A DNA stretch of 36,130 nt from Thermoplasmatota archaeon (GCA_018334795.1 JAGXLH010000001.1:1-36130), one strand, 5' to 3'. Numbered from the stretch's first letter, positions 8,514-21,198 are shown. The notes: generated by a model not told the origin, from the letters alone. Translations and numbers: made by a program.

Positions 8514-9641
8514 ATGAAAAAAATCATAACTAAAATTAAATCGAATCTTCTCCATAAGTGGTGGTTTCATCAACAACAGGACACGTTATTTGAACATATC
8601 ATCAACATACCTGTAATATGTAGCAAATATCTACCATTTCCTTTAAAAAAATCATTTGTGAAAATTATTGATGATGCTGGATTAGCACTGTTCAGATTTA
8701 TTCATGTACTTTTTTCGATTTTTCAACCATACTATATTTTTGTAGGGAATGAAAAAATAACATCAAAAAGCATAAAAATCCTATTTAAAGGAAATCCTAA
8801 AAATCTTCGGTTCATTACCAAAAGATTATATCATGATATCGTTCAGATTAAAAGAGTAAATAAAAAACAAGTAAAAGAATGGAAGAGTAAAAAAGGAAAG
8901 AAAACAACGCATCATCCTGACGTATCCATAACTGAATCTGATATATTTTACAGATCGTTTTTTCAAAAGAAAGGATGCATCATCATTCCAGAATACGTCA
9001 CATTTCTCTTGAATGCAACGAAATCAATGGATGAAATCATGGATAGTATCTCCTTTGATATGGCTCAGGATATACAAAAAGCAAAAAAAACAAATTATAC
9101 TTTTGAAGTAAGAAACGATGTGAACGCATTTAATTTATTTTATTATCAAATGTACTTACCATATCTTACCTGGAAACATAAAAATTCAAATCGAACTGCA
9201 TCACATGCAACTATGCAGCATCTGCAAATACAAGGAGCAGAAATACTGTTTATAAAACACGCAGATGAATACATTTTTGGAGGAATTTTTCACAAAGAAA
9301 AAAATATTATAAAAACCTATTATGCAGGATTGATGAACAATAAATTTAGCCATTTACATAACGGCATTATGGCTCTATCCTATTATTATCTGATTACTAT
9401 TGCAAAGAAAAGAAAGTGTCAATCTATAGATTTTGGTACCGCCGAACCTTTTACCGATGACGGCTTATACAATTACAAAAACAAATGGAAGATGGATATT
9501 ATTCAATCGCCACCTTATTCGTCAGACATCTTTGCAGTTCAAATCTTCAACAAGCAGAATACGTTCAACCAATTTATAGAAAATCATCCAGTTCATTATT
9601 TTGACGGGGCTAGATTAAGAATACTGGAAAAAATTGTTTAA
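8514..9641 (+). CDS. Hypothetical protein with C-terminal FemAB / BioF2-like (Acetyltransf_6, GNAT-fold) acyl/aminoacyl-transferase-like domain
   Basis: 375-aa ORF. The C-terminal half (..ILFIKHADEYIFGGIFHKEKNIIKTYYAGL...HNGIMALSYYYLITIAKKRKCQSIDFGTAEPFTDDGLYNYKNKWKMD) fits the family pattern ending in fDfG.....g...FK.k.G. This is a weak, pattern-level call. Confidence 0.4.
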   Translation: MKKIITKIKSNLLHKWWFHQQQDTLFEHIINIPVICSKYLPFPLKKSFVKIIDDAGLALFRFIHVLFSIFQPYYIFVGNEKITSKSIKILFKGNPKNLRFITKRLYHDIVQIKRVNKKQVKEWKSKKGKKTTHHPDVSITESDIFYRSFFQKKGCIIIPEYVTFLLNATKSMDEIMDSISFDMAQDIQKAKKTNYTFEVRNDVNAFNLFYYQMYLPYLTWKHKNSNRTASHATMQHLQIQGAEILFIKHADEYIFGGIFHKEKNIIKTYYAGLMNNKFSHLHNGIMALSYYYLITIAKKRKCQSIDFGTAEPFTDDGLYNYKNKWKMDIIQSPPYSSDIFAVQIFNKQNTFNQFIENHPVHYFDGARLRILEKIV

Positions 9642-9733
9642 CGAGGGCAAAAAAAGCATAATTATAAAATTCATCACTTCCTTTAGTTTAAGAAATAAAG
9701 ATAAGTACTAATCTCTAGGATTTCAGAGGGCTC

Positions 9734-10498
9734 ATGACCAAAGACAAAATGTATGGCTTCCCAATTTCAAGTGTTTTTTTTCAAATTTTCGGATTTATCT
9801 TTCTTCTTCTCATTTTATTTTTAACATTCATATTAGATTCACTTATTGGTAGTAGTATTGTCTTTTTTTTCATCCTTATTTTTTGGTATATATTTGTTTT
9901 TCATTTTAAACAGCGATTTTCAACGTTAAGAAACAAGATTTTACAATCAATGATATCTTTAGCTGATTTAAATGGATCAGAAAAGATTTTAGATTTAGGA
10001 ACAGGTGCTGGCTATGTAGCAATTGGTTTTTCTAAAGTGGTAAACTCGGGGTTGGTCGTTGGTGTTGATAAATTTGATCAAACTACGTCAATTCTTGGAA
10101 GTAACTTTTTTGAAGAGTTGAAAATTAATTTTTTTGGTAATTCGCTTAACCAAGCCAAAAAAAACGCTTATATTGAAAAACAATCAAATCAGATCATGTT
10201 TGTAAAATCAGATTTAAAACATTTTTTTCCATTTTCAGATGAGTCATTTCATGTTATTCTTTCAAGTCAATTCCTTTATTGCATCCCTACAAAAAAAAGA
10301 GATCGAGTATTAGCAGAAATTAATCGAGTGTTAAAACCTGAAGGAAAACTTATTTTCTTTGAATCAAAAAAATACGTAAACTGGGATATAGCACATGTAG
10401 AACAATATTTCAACAAATTGAACTATGAAACTAAGATTCATTCAATTTATTATATGAACAATAAATGCATCTTTTATGGGTACAAAAAAAATAGTTAG
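9734..10498 (+). CDS. Class I SAM-dependent methyltransferase with N-terminal double transmembrane anchor
   Basis: Motif I ILDLGTGAGYVAIGF, acidic loop VGVDKF, motif LKPEGKLIFFE. The first ~60 aa are two hydrophobic helices (FFQIFGFIFLLLILFLTFIL.., VFFFILIFWYIFVF). Confidence 0.75.
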   Translation: MTKDKMYGFPISSVFFQIFGFIFLLLILFLTFILDSLIGSSIVFFFILIFWYIFVFHFKQRFSTLRNKILQSMISLADLNGSEKILDLGTGAGYVAIGFSKVVNSGLVVGVDKFDQTTSILGSNFFEELKINFFGNSLNQAKKNAYIEKQSNQIMFVKSDLKHFFPFSDESFHVILSSQFLYCIPTKKRDRVLAEINRVLKPEGKLIFFESKKYVNWDIAHVEQYFNKLNYETKIHSIYYMNNKCIFYGYKKNS

Positions 10499-10650
10499 AT
10501 AAAAAAAATCAATTATTTCCAAATAGCAATATTGTAACTTTTTAAAAAAATGCATTCTTTTAAACTAATAACTTTTTATATTTTGAAGTTTATAATTATT
10601 ATTAAATAAAATTACAATAAAATACCTCATTCCGGTGGCACTAGAAACAA

Positions 10651-11838
10651 ATGATAGATTTACAAAAAAATCAATTAGCAAAATTCATATTATTCACAAG
10701 CCTTTATTTTGCAGAAGGAATACAACTAGCCATCACCACTATTCTTGTTCCCTTATTTCTATTAAATGAAAATATTTCACCAGCAATCACCACAATTGCA
10801 GCCAGCACCATCATGGTTCCATGGGCACTCAAATTTATTTTTGGTTGGATAGTAGATTCATACAGAATAATAAACAAAAAACAATACACTCTAATCGGCG
10901 GATTAATTTCAGCATTAGCACTCATCATCTTAGGAATAATTAATCCTTCCTCAAACATTTACACATTTATTCTCATACTTTTCACTGCACAATGTGGTAT
11001 CGGAATTTTAGATGTATCCATGGATGCATGGGCAATAACAGAAACCAAAAAAAAGGAACGAGGAAAAATAAATGGATCCATGATGGCGGGTTTCTTCAGC
11101 GGAACTGCATTTGGATCCGCCTTTCTAACATTTATAGCAGATCAATCCACCTTCTCAATATCATTTGTATCAGCTGGAATAATCATTCTCTCAATAATGA
11201 CAATACCAATTATAACAAAAAAACCAGTTCAACAAAAAAAACAAAAAAAATTAACCAAACTAGTATTAAAAGAATTCAAGAAAAAAACAACCCTCTCATT
11301 AGCAATACTTCTTCCCATCATTTCAATAAACAGTGGGATCATCACACTTGCAGCTCCTCTTTTCATGAACATAAAACTAAATCTCACAGTTACTCATATC
11401 GGACTAATTACCACAGTTTTTACCATAGCCCGAGTAATAGGATCATTAACCGGAGGATCGATATCAGATAAAATCAGTAGACAAAAAACCCTTTTTTTCA
11501 TTATAATCTCAACAATTCTCTCTACAATTTCTTTAATCTTAGTCAACAATTGGATAACCATGATACTCATCTATTCAATAATAGGTTTTCTCAACGGAGG
11601 ATTATTTACCGTGCTTTTAGCCTCATCAATGGATATTACAAATGCAAAAATAGGTGCATTTCAATTCTCCATTCTCATCAGTTTAATGAACGCAGGAGAA
11701 CTAACCGGAGAATTCATCAGTGGACCAGCAATCACAAACTTAGGATTCAACGGAATGTTTCTATTTTCCGCATGGATTCTAGGACCAAGTCTCTTATTTT
11801 TATATACCATAATTAAAAAAGGCTATTTTACTCACTAA
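10651..11838 (+). CDS. MFS transporter, AmpG/PAT (peptide-acetyl-CoA transporter)-like
   Basis: 395 aa, about 12 hydrophobic segments with a central K-rich loop. Loop 2-3 motif PWALKFIFGWIVDSY resembles the AmpG-type P-x-x-L-K-F-x-W-x-P-x-V-D motif. Confidence 0.65.
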   Translation: MIDLQKNQLAKFILFTSLYFAEGIQLAITTILVPLFLLNENISPAITTIAASTIMVPWALKFIFGWIVDSYRIINKKQYTLIGGLISALALIILGIINPSSNIYTFILILFTAQCGIGILDVSMDAWAITETKKKERGKINGSMMAGFFSGTAFGSAFLTFIADQSTFSISFVSAGIIILSIMTIPIITKKPVQQKKQKKLTKLVLKEFKKKTTLSLAILLPIISINSGIITLAAPLFMNIKLNLTVTHIGLITTVFTIARVIGSLTGGSISDKISRQKTLFFIIISTILSTISLILVNNWITMILIYSIIGFLNGGLFTVLLASSMDITNAKIGAFQFSILISLMNAGELTGEFISGPAITNLGFNGMFLFSAWILGPSLLFLYTIIKKGYFTH

Positions 11839-12059
11839 AAACTCTTTAAACAACCAATTTTTTTGGATGATAAAAAGTAACATAAAAAGTAACCTAAACA
11901 AACATCGAAAAATAATTTTTCATACCTAATAAGAAGAAAAACGAATTTAAGAGCATAAAAAGATCTGCATATACTAATTTTTTCCAAAAATAACATATTC
12001 ATAAAATGTTAAACAATATAAAAATCATCCAAAAATCACTAAACGGTGAAAATTAGGAT

Positions 12060-12289
12060 GGTTTGACAGCGTACCAAGAACAACTGAGTTTCAAGCAGTG
12101 AAGTTTACCTCAAAAAACTCCCGAAGGAGTAAATCAAGGCTCTCCACCTAGCTCAGAGGTTCCAGCCCCCTCAGGGGGGTAATCTTCCCATGGGCTCTCG
12201 CACCATAGTAACGAGGATTACGCAGGTAAGCTTAACTGCCGGGTTCGAGATGAGACCGGGTGTTTCCTTACCGCTTTGGCCGTCAAACC
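12060..12289 (-). rRNA. rrf: 5S rRNA, oversized (~230 nt) with a 108-nt internal insertion (12071-12178)
   Basis: Minus strand reads GGTTTGACGGCCAAAGCGGTAAGGAAACACCCGGTCTCATCTCGAACCCGGCAGTTAAGCTTACCTGCGTAATCCTCGTTACTATGGTGCGAGAGCCCATGGGAAGATTAC, covering canonical helices I(5')-II-III-IV-V with the conserved CCCGGTCTCAT.TCGAACCCGG.AGTTAAG core. The only sequence able to close helix I (GCTGTCAAACC, pairing with GGTTTGACGGC over 11 bp including one G.U) lies 108 nt further on. Confidence 0.8.
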
Positions 12290-12337
12290 ACCTCATATGA
12301 ACTAAATTAAATTGCAACCATAACCTGTCTAACGATT

Positions 12338-15254
<2,917 letters not shown>

Positions 15255-15265
<11 letters not shown>

Positions 15266-15292
15266 ATATTCGTCCAGGTTACGTTTGCAAAC
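15255..15292 (-). other. 23S processing stem, 5' flank (pairs with 12311-12349)
   Basis: 12 bp AACTGGCTCAAT (15257-15268) pair with ATTGAGCCAGTT (12335-12346). CAGGTTA (15275-15281) pairs with TAACCTG (12321-12327). TTGCAA (15285-15290) pairs with TTGCAA (12312-12317). This is typical of an archaeal pre-rRNA stem that presents a bulge-helix-bulge site. Confidence 0.6.
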
Positions 15293-15423
15293 CATCAACA
15301 ACGTGATGGTAACGATCATTGACAATCACTGCAGCACCTTCTTTTGCTGCTATGTCTACGTTTTCACTATCCATTCTCATGACAAAAATGGATAGCACTA
15401 CTTTGCGAATGATTATTCGGAAG

Positions 15424-15495
15424 TGGACCGGATGGGATTTGAACCCATGGCCTCCTGCTTGCAAAGCAGGCGATCTTCCGCTGATCTACCGGCCC
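15424..15495 (-). tRNA. tRNA-Ala (anticodon UGC) in the 16S-23S spacer
   Basis: Minus strand GGGCCGGTAGATCAGCGGAAGATCGCCTGCTTTGCAAGCAGGAGGCCATGGGTTCAAATCCCATCCGGTCCA folds as a cloverleaf. It has the G3:U70 alanine identity pair and anticodon loop TTTGCAA. CCA is not encoded. Confidence 0.95.
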
Positions 15496-15619
15496 ATAAC
15501 AAGAAAATCATCGAAAAAATCGATGAAGCGGACCGGCACATAATGATTTGTAATTAATATATTTTTTCCTGATCGACGTGTATTTCTAATGTCTATTCCA
15601 CCAACAATATTGTTTTCTT

Positions 15620-17088
<1,469 letters not shown>

Positions 17089-17142
17089 CATAAGTGCACA
17101 CTATTATTTGGTTTTGTATTTAGACTAAACTAAATGGTAAAT

Positions 17143-17181
17143 TGGTGGTGGAATAAATTTCACCAAACACGTCGATCGTCG
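17143..17181 (-). other. 16S processing stem, 5' flank (pairs with 15571-15606)
   Basis: ACACGTCGATC (17167-17177) pairs with GATCGACGTGT (15571-15581), 11 bp. TGGTGGAATA (17146-17155) pairs with TATTCCACCA (15594-15603), 10 bp. The two helices are separated by an 11x12-nt internal loop. Confidence 0.65.
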
Positions 17182-17371
17182 GATTTAAGAGTGCTCAAAC
17201 AAGATTGAGCCAAACAGCACAATCTGTCTTGATTTTCTTAAATCCCCATTAAGAGATTGTAACCCAGCACTGAAGCGATCCATGTCATCGAGGTGCATTA
17301 GCACCATTCTCTTAGATCAACCGGAATTGTCTGGGTCCTAAGTTGTGGGTTTAGATGGTATAGAATTGTCC

Positions 17372-17379
17372 TATTTAAA
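17372..17379 (-). promoter_or_regulatory. Candidate TATA box (TTTAAATA on the minus strand) for the rRNA operon
   Basis: Consensus-like archaeal TATA element about 190 nt upstream of the 16S processing stem. Other TATA-like boxes lie at about 17575-17585 and 17430-17438, so the assignment is tentative. Confidence 0.3.
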
Positions 17380-17690
17380 GGTTACAGTCAGGCAATAGTT
17401 GTCACGGTCATAACCATGCGTTTACTAACACTATATTTTCACAGCATGGCTATGCCTAGATGGTGTTGATTTTTTCTTTTTTGTAGCGTGATCATTCACG
17501 CTCCCCCATCTACATTACATTCAGTAACCTTTTTTGACGATTCACTGAACCACTACATTATAGGAGCCTGTCATATTTATACCTTTCTTCCATTTTCTCA
17601 AATTTATGGATGAATCACTTGAATTTAGCATAGTTTTTTTCCGAAAAGGTTTTAGCATTGATTCATCATCACCTCAAGGAAATACATGTT

Positions 17691-17773
17691 GCAGAGGTAC
17701 CCGAGTGGTCAAAGGGGCAGGGCTTAGGACCCTGTGACGTAGGTCTTCGAGCGTTCGAATCGCTCCCTCTGCA
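17691..17773 (+). tRNA. tRNA-Leu (anticodon UAG), class II with long variable arm
   Basis: GCAGAGG..CCTCTGCA acceptor stem, anticodon stem-loop CAGGG-CTTAGGA-CCCTG, T arm GAGCG-TTCGAAT-CGCTC, 14-nt variable arm. Confidence 0.9.
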
Positions 17774-17850
17774 TCCTAATAATCATATAAATATAAATTG
17801 ATTATTATTAGAAATTCAAAATTATATAACTGAATAGGTGGACTAACTGT

Positions 17851-18414
17851 ATGCAAACACTTGGGTTCACAGGTATGCCTTGGTCGGGAAAAACTGAAGC
17901 AGTATCTTTTGCCGACGAAAAAGGATTTCCTGTTTTTCGTATGGGTGATTTCATTTGGGATGAAGTAAAGAAAAGAAAATTGTCGATGAATGCTTCTACT
18001 GTTGGGAGTGTTGCTTCTGACATGAGAGAAAAATATGGATCTACGATCTGGGCAGAAAGAACTGTTGAAGCAATTGAAAAGGTTAATGATTCATCAATTG
18101 TAGTTATTGATGGTATTCGTAGTATATCTGAGGTGAATTATTTTAGGAGACATTTATCTGATTCGTTTCGTCTTGTAGCAATTATTGCTTCAGATAAGAT
18201 TCGTCATCAACGTGCAAAAAAAAGAGGAAGAGCTGATGATAGTAGTGATGATCAATCTATCAAACGACGAGATAATCGGGAGATAAAATGGGGTATTGAA
18301 CAAGTAATAAATGAATCAGATATTAAGATTAGTAATGAATCATCATTGGCATCATTTCGGGAAAAAATTACAAACTTGTTTTCTAATGAATTGATAGATG
18401 AATCGATAGATTAA
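17851..18414 (+). CDS. P-loop nucleotide kinase-like protein (UPF0200 / dephospho-CoA-kinase-like family)
   Basis: N-terminal Walker A GMPWSGKT directly after the start, and a C-terminal ..RGRADD...RRDNREIKWGIEQVINESD.. pattern typical of archaeal UPF0200 proteins. Confidence 0.6.
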   Translation: MQTLGFTGMPWSGKTEAVSFADEKGFPVFRMGDFIWDEVKKRKLSMNASTVGSVASDMREKYGSTIWAERTVEAIEKVNDSSIVVIDGIRSISEVNYFRRHLSDSFRLVAIIASDKIRHQRAKKRGRADDSSDDQSIKRRDNREIKWGIEQVINESDIKISNESSLASFREKITNLFSNELIDESID

Positions 18415-18447
18415 TTTAGCCATCGTAATATCCAGTGGAGAATGCTT

Positions 18448-18696
18448 ATGTTTGATGTTAGAGTAACGGTTCGGTTAAAAAAAGGAGTGAGTGACCCTGA
18501 GGGAAAAAACACAAAAAAAGCACTACATTTACTTGGATTTGATCAGGTTAAAAACGTAAATACCTTAAGAATTTTTGATATTCAACTTGACAGTGTAAGT
18601 AAAAAAGAGGCGCTTAATTCTGCTGAGCAGATGTGTCAACGATTGTTGACAAATCCAGTGGTTCATGATTATGATATTAGTATTGAAAAGATGTAA
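18448..18696 (+). CDS. purS: Phosphoribosylformylglycinamidine synthase subunit PurS
   Basis: MFDVRVTVRLKKGVSDPEGKNTKKALHLLGFDQV..VRIFDIQLD is the PurS signature (V.V.LK.GVLDP.G). The track starts at the ATG at 18442; the ATG at 18448 has better spacing to GGAG at 18437-18440. Confidence 0.85.
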   Translation: MFDVRVTVRLKKGVSDPEGKNTKKALHLLGFDQVKNVNTLRIFDIQLDSVSKKEALNSAEQMCQRLLTNPVVHDYDISIEKM

Positions 18697-18714
18697 TTTT
18701 GAGTGTGTTTGATA

Positions 18715-21075
18715 ATGATTAAAGAAACCATGGTTGATCAGTTTCAAGGTTTATCTAATGTGTCTGTTATTGATATTTCACAGTTTTCTGATGATCAGCT
18801 TATTTCGTTAAGTGAGGAGATGGGACTTGCTTTGTCTTTATCTGAAATGAAACGGATTAAAACGTATTTTGATGAGAGAAATCGACTGCCAACCGATATT
18901 GAACTTGAAGCGCTTGGACAGGCGTGGTCTGAACATAGTTGTTATAAATCATCCAAAGTTCCGTTGAAAAAATATGTATATGGGATTGCGGAGGAGAAAG
19001 TTTTAGCTCGGGAGGATGCTGGTGTTGTCAAATTTGATGATAATCATTATTATTGTGCTGCATTGGAATCACATAATCATCCTTCTGCCGTTGAACCATA
19101 TGGTGGTGCTGCAACAGGTGTTGGTGGTATCGTTCGTGATATCGTATGTATGGGTGCGCAGCCAATAGCATATATTGATCCTTTGTTTTTTGGTTCACTT
19201 CATATGGATCAAAACGAGTTGCCAAAAGGAGTGAAACATCCACGGTATTTATTTCAAGGCGTAATTGATGGTATTCGAGATTATGGGAATCGAATTGGTG
19301 TGCCAACACTTTCTGGTCAAGTATATTTTCATCCCGGCTATACCAGTAATTGCTTAGTGAATGTGGGTAGCATTGGCATTATGAAAAAAGAGGAGATGAT
19401 TCATAGTAGTGCTAAACAAAGTGGTGATGTGTATATTTATGTAGGAGGACGAACTGGTCGAGATGGTATCCATGGGGTAACATTTGCTTCAGCTGAACTC
19501 ACTGATGATAGTGAAAAGACCAGTAGAAGTGCAGTGCAAGTAGGCGATCCAATCACAAAGGAACCATTGATTCATGTTACTTTATTGTGTAATCGCCTTG
19601 GATTATTACAGGGATTGAAAGATTTTGGTGGCGGTGGTCTTTCTTGTGTTGCAGGAGAACTAGCGCATGCTGCAGGTCTTGGTGCAGAGATTCATTTGGA
19701 TGATATTCCATTGAAAGAAGAAGGATTATCTCCTTGGGAGATGTGGATTTCTGAAAGTCAGGAACGAATGATGTTTGTGGTAAGTCAAAAAGATGTTGAC
19801 CGGGTGCTTCATATTTGTAAGCAGTGGGATGTGAATGCGGTGGTGGTTGGAACTGTGATTGATGATCCAGTTGCTCGTGTGTTTTACAAAGGAAAAAAGA
19901 TTTTGGATATGGATCTTGAGTTTTACACTGGTGGACCAGTGTATGATGAAACAAAGCGACCGTATCAATTACCAACGATCAACAATGAGAATGTTTCTAT
20001 TTCTTCTTATGATCTGCCAAATTTTACTGATACATTATTGTCATTGTTGCAACAGGAAAACATTGCATCTAAGGAATGGGTGATTCGTCAATATGATCAT
20101 GAAGTTCAAGCTCATACCGTGGTAAAACCATTACAGGGAAGAATTAATCAGGAGACTCATGGTGATGCAACGGTGTTAAAACCATTGCAGGATTCTTTTA
20201 AAGGATTAGCAGTGACTGCAGATGTGAATCCTCGTTTTATGTTAAATGATCCTTATCATGGTGCTCGTGCAGCTATTGATGAAGCATGTCGTAATCTTAT
20301 TGCTGTTGGTGCAAAACCTGATGCATTACTGGACTGTTTGAATTTTGGAAATCCTGAAAAACCTGAACGGATGGGTGAGTTTTATGAAGCATTACGGGGC
20401 ATGGGAAAACTTGCTTCTGAGTTATCTCTTCCGTTTATGTCTGGGAATGTCAGTTTTTATAATGAAGCGGTGAACTCTTCTGTTCCGCCGACCCCTGAGA
20501 TTATGGGGATTGGGTTGATTGATGATATCCGAAAAAGTGTTACCGTTCCATTTAAACAAAATGATGATCTGATCTATATTGTTGGTCAGAAAACAAGTGA
20601 AGAGTTAAGTGGATCGGAATATTTTCATTTAAGAAAGATTTCTGGTGGAAAGGTTCCACGAACAGATAGTGGTTTATTAAAAAAATGTATGAATGGATTG
20701 CTTTCAGTAATGGATAAAAAACTTTTGAGTTCATGTCATGATATTAGTGAAGGTGGTTTAGCGGTTTGTATCACGGAAATGGCCATTGGAAATCAGATTG
20801 GATCGGTCATTGATTTAGCAAAGGTTCCAGGTAGTGACCGTGAAGATGTTTTATTATTTTCTGAAACAGCTACTCGATGGATTGTGACCGTTCCTAAAAA
20901 ATTTACAGCCGAATTTGAAAAAATCATGAATGCTTCTGATGCACCCTTTGCTTGTATTGGAGTAACACAAGGTAAAAATGTTTGTTTTAACCGTCATGAG
21001 ATCACCTTGATTGATGTAGAAATATCTCAACTGTATGAGCAATGGATGAATGGTATTGCTTCTGTGATGGGTTGA
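18715..21075 (+). CDS. purL: Phosphoribosylformylglycinamidine synthase subunit PurL (FGAM synthase II)
   Basis: Motifs AWSEHSCYKSSK, ESHNHPSAVEPYGGAATGVGGIVRD, GNRIGVPT, GRDGIHG, ISESQERM. The track start at 18703 is GTG; the first ATG is at 18715. Confidence 0.9.
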   Translation: MIKETMVDQFQGLSNVSVIDISQFSDDQLISLSEEMGLALSLSEMKRIKTYFDERNRLPTDIELEALGQAWSEHSCYKSSKVPLKKYVYGIAEEKVLAREDAGVVKFDDNHYYCAALESHNHPSAVEPYGGAATGVGGIVRDIVCMGAQPIAYIDPLFFGSLHMDQNELPKGVKHPRYLFQGVIDGIRDYGNRIGVPTLSGQVYFHPGYTSNCLVNVGSIGIMKKEEMIHSSAKQSGDVYIYVGGRTGRDGIHGVTFASAELTDDSEKTSRSAVQVGDPITKEPLIHVTLLCNRLGLLQGLKDFGGGGLSCVAGELAHAAGLGAEIHLDDIPLKEEGLSPWEMWISESQERMMFVVSQKDVDRVLHICKQWDVNAVVVGTVIDDPVARVFYKGKKILDMDLEFYTGGPVYDETKRPYQLPTINNENVSISSYDLPNFTDTLLSLLQQENIASKEWVIRQYDHEVQAHTVVKPLQGRINQETHGDATVLKPLQDSFKGLAVTADVNPRFMLNDPYHGARAAIDEACRNLIAVGAKPDALLDCLNFGNPEKPERMGEFYEALRGMGKLASELSLPFMSGNVSFYNEAVNSSVPPTPEIMGIGLIDDIRKSVTVPFKQNDDLIYIVGQKTSEELSGSEYFHLRKISGGKVPRTDSGLLKKCMNGLLSVMDKKLLSSCHDISEGGLAVCITEMAIGNQIGSVIDLAKVPGSDREDVLLFSETATRWIVTVPKKFTAEFEKIMNASDAPFACIGVTQGKNVCFNRHEITLIDVEISQLYEQWMNGIASVMG

Positions 21076-21157
21076 ACAGAAAGTTTAAAAATTAGTGAAG
21101 AGTTTGACTAGGTTACATGATGAGCGAACCCTTTCTGAGCTGAATTAAATAGTTATG

Positions 21158-21165
21158 TTTTTTTT
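21158..21165 (+). terminator. Oligo-T (T8) terminator after purL
   Basis: T8 run 83 nt downstream of the purL stop in a convergent intergenic region. Confidence 0.45.
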
Positions 21166-21191
21166 AGCGATGATGACGATCTTGAGTGCTG

Positions 21192-21198
21192 AAAAAAA
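21192..21198 (-). terminator. Oligo-T (T7 on the minus strand) terminator after the GAF gene
   Basis: The A7 run on the plus strand is T7 on the minus strand, 10 nt downstream of the stop at 21208. Confidence 0.45.

Noticed and set aside
11231-11255. A8 homopolymer tracts inside the MFS gene as possible phase-variation switches
   Set aside because: They encode the Lys-rich central loop (QQKKQKKL). Such runs are common throughout this AT-rich genome, and there is no evidence of slippage.
10704-11816. Alternate-frame and antisense ORFs in the MFS transporter gene (10704..10958, 10992..11471, 11550..11816)
   Set aside because: They are embedded in a 12-TM CDS. The translations are Asn/Ser/Ile-rich nonsense produced by A-rich codons.
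19028-21042. Antisense or alternate-frame ORFs within purL (19028..19309, 19577..19975, 19726..19968, 19859..20083, 20552..20734, 20854..21042) and 18565..18747 over purS
   Set aside because: purL and purS are unambiguous on the plus strand. These are shadow ORFs.
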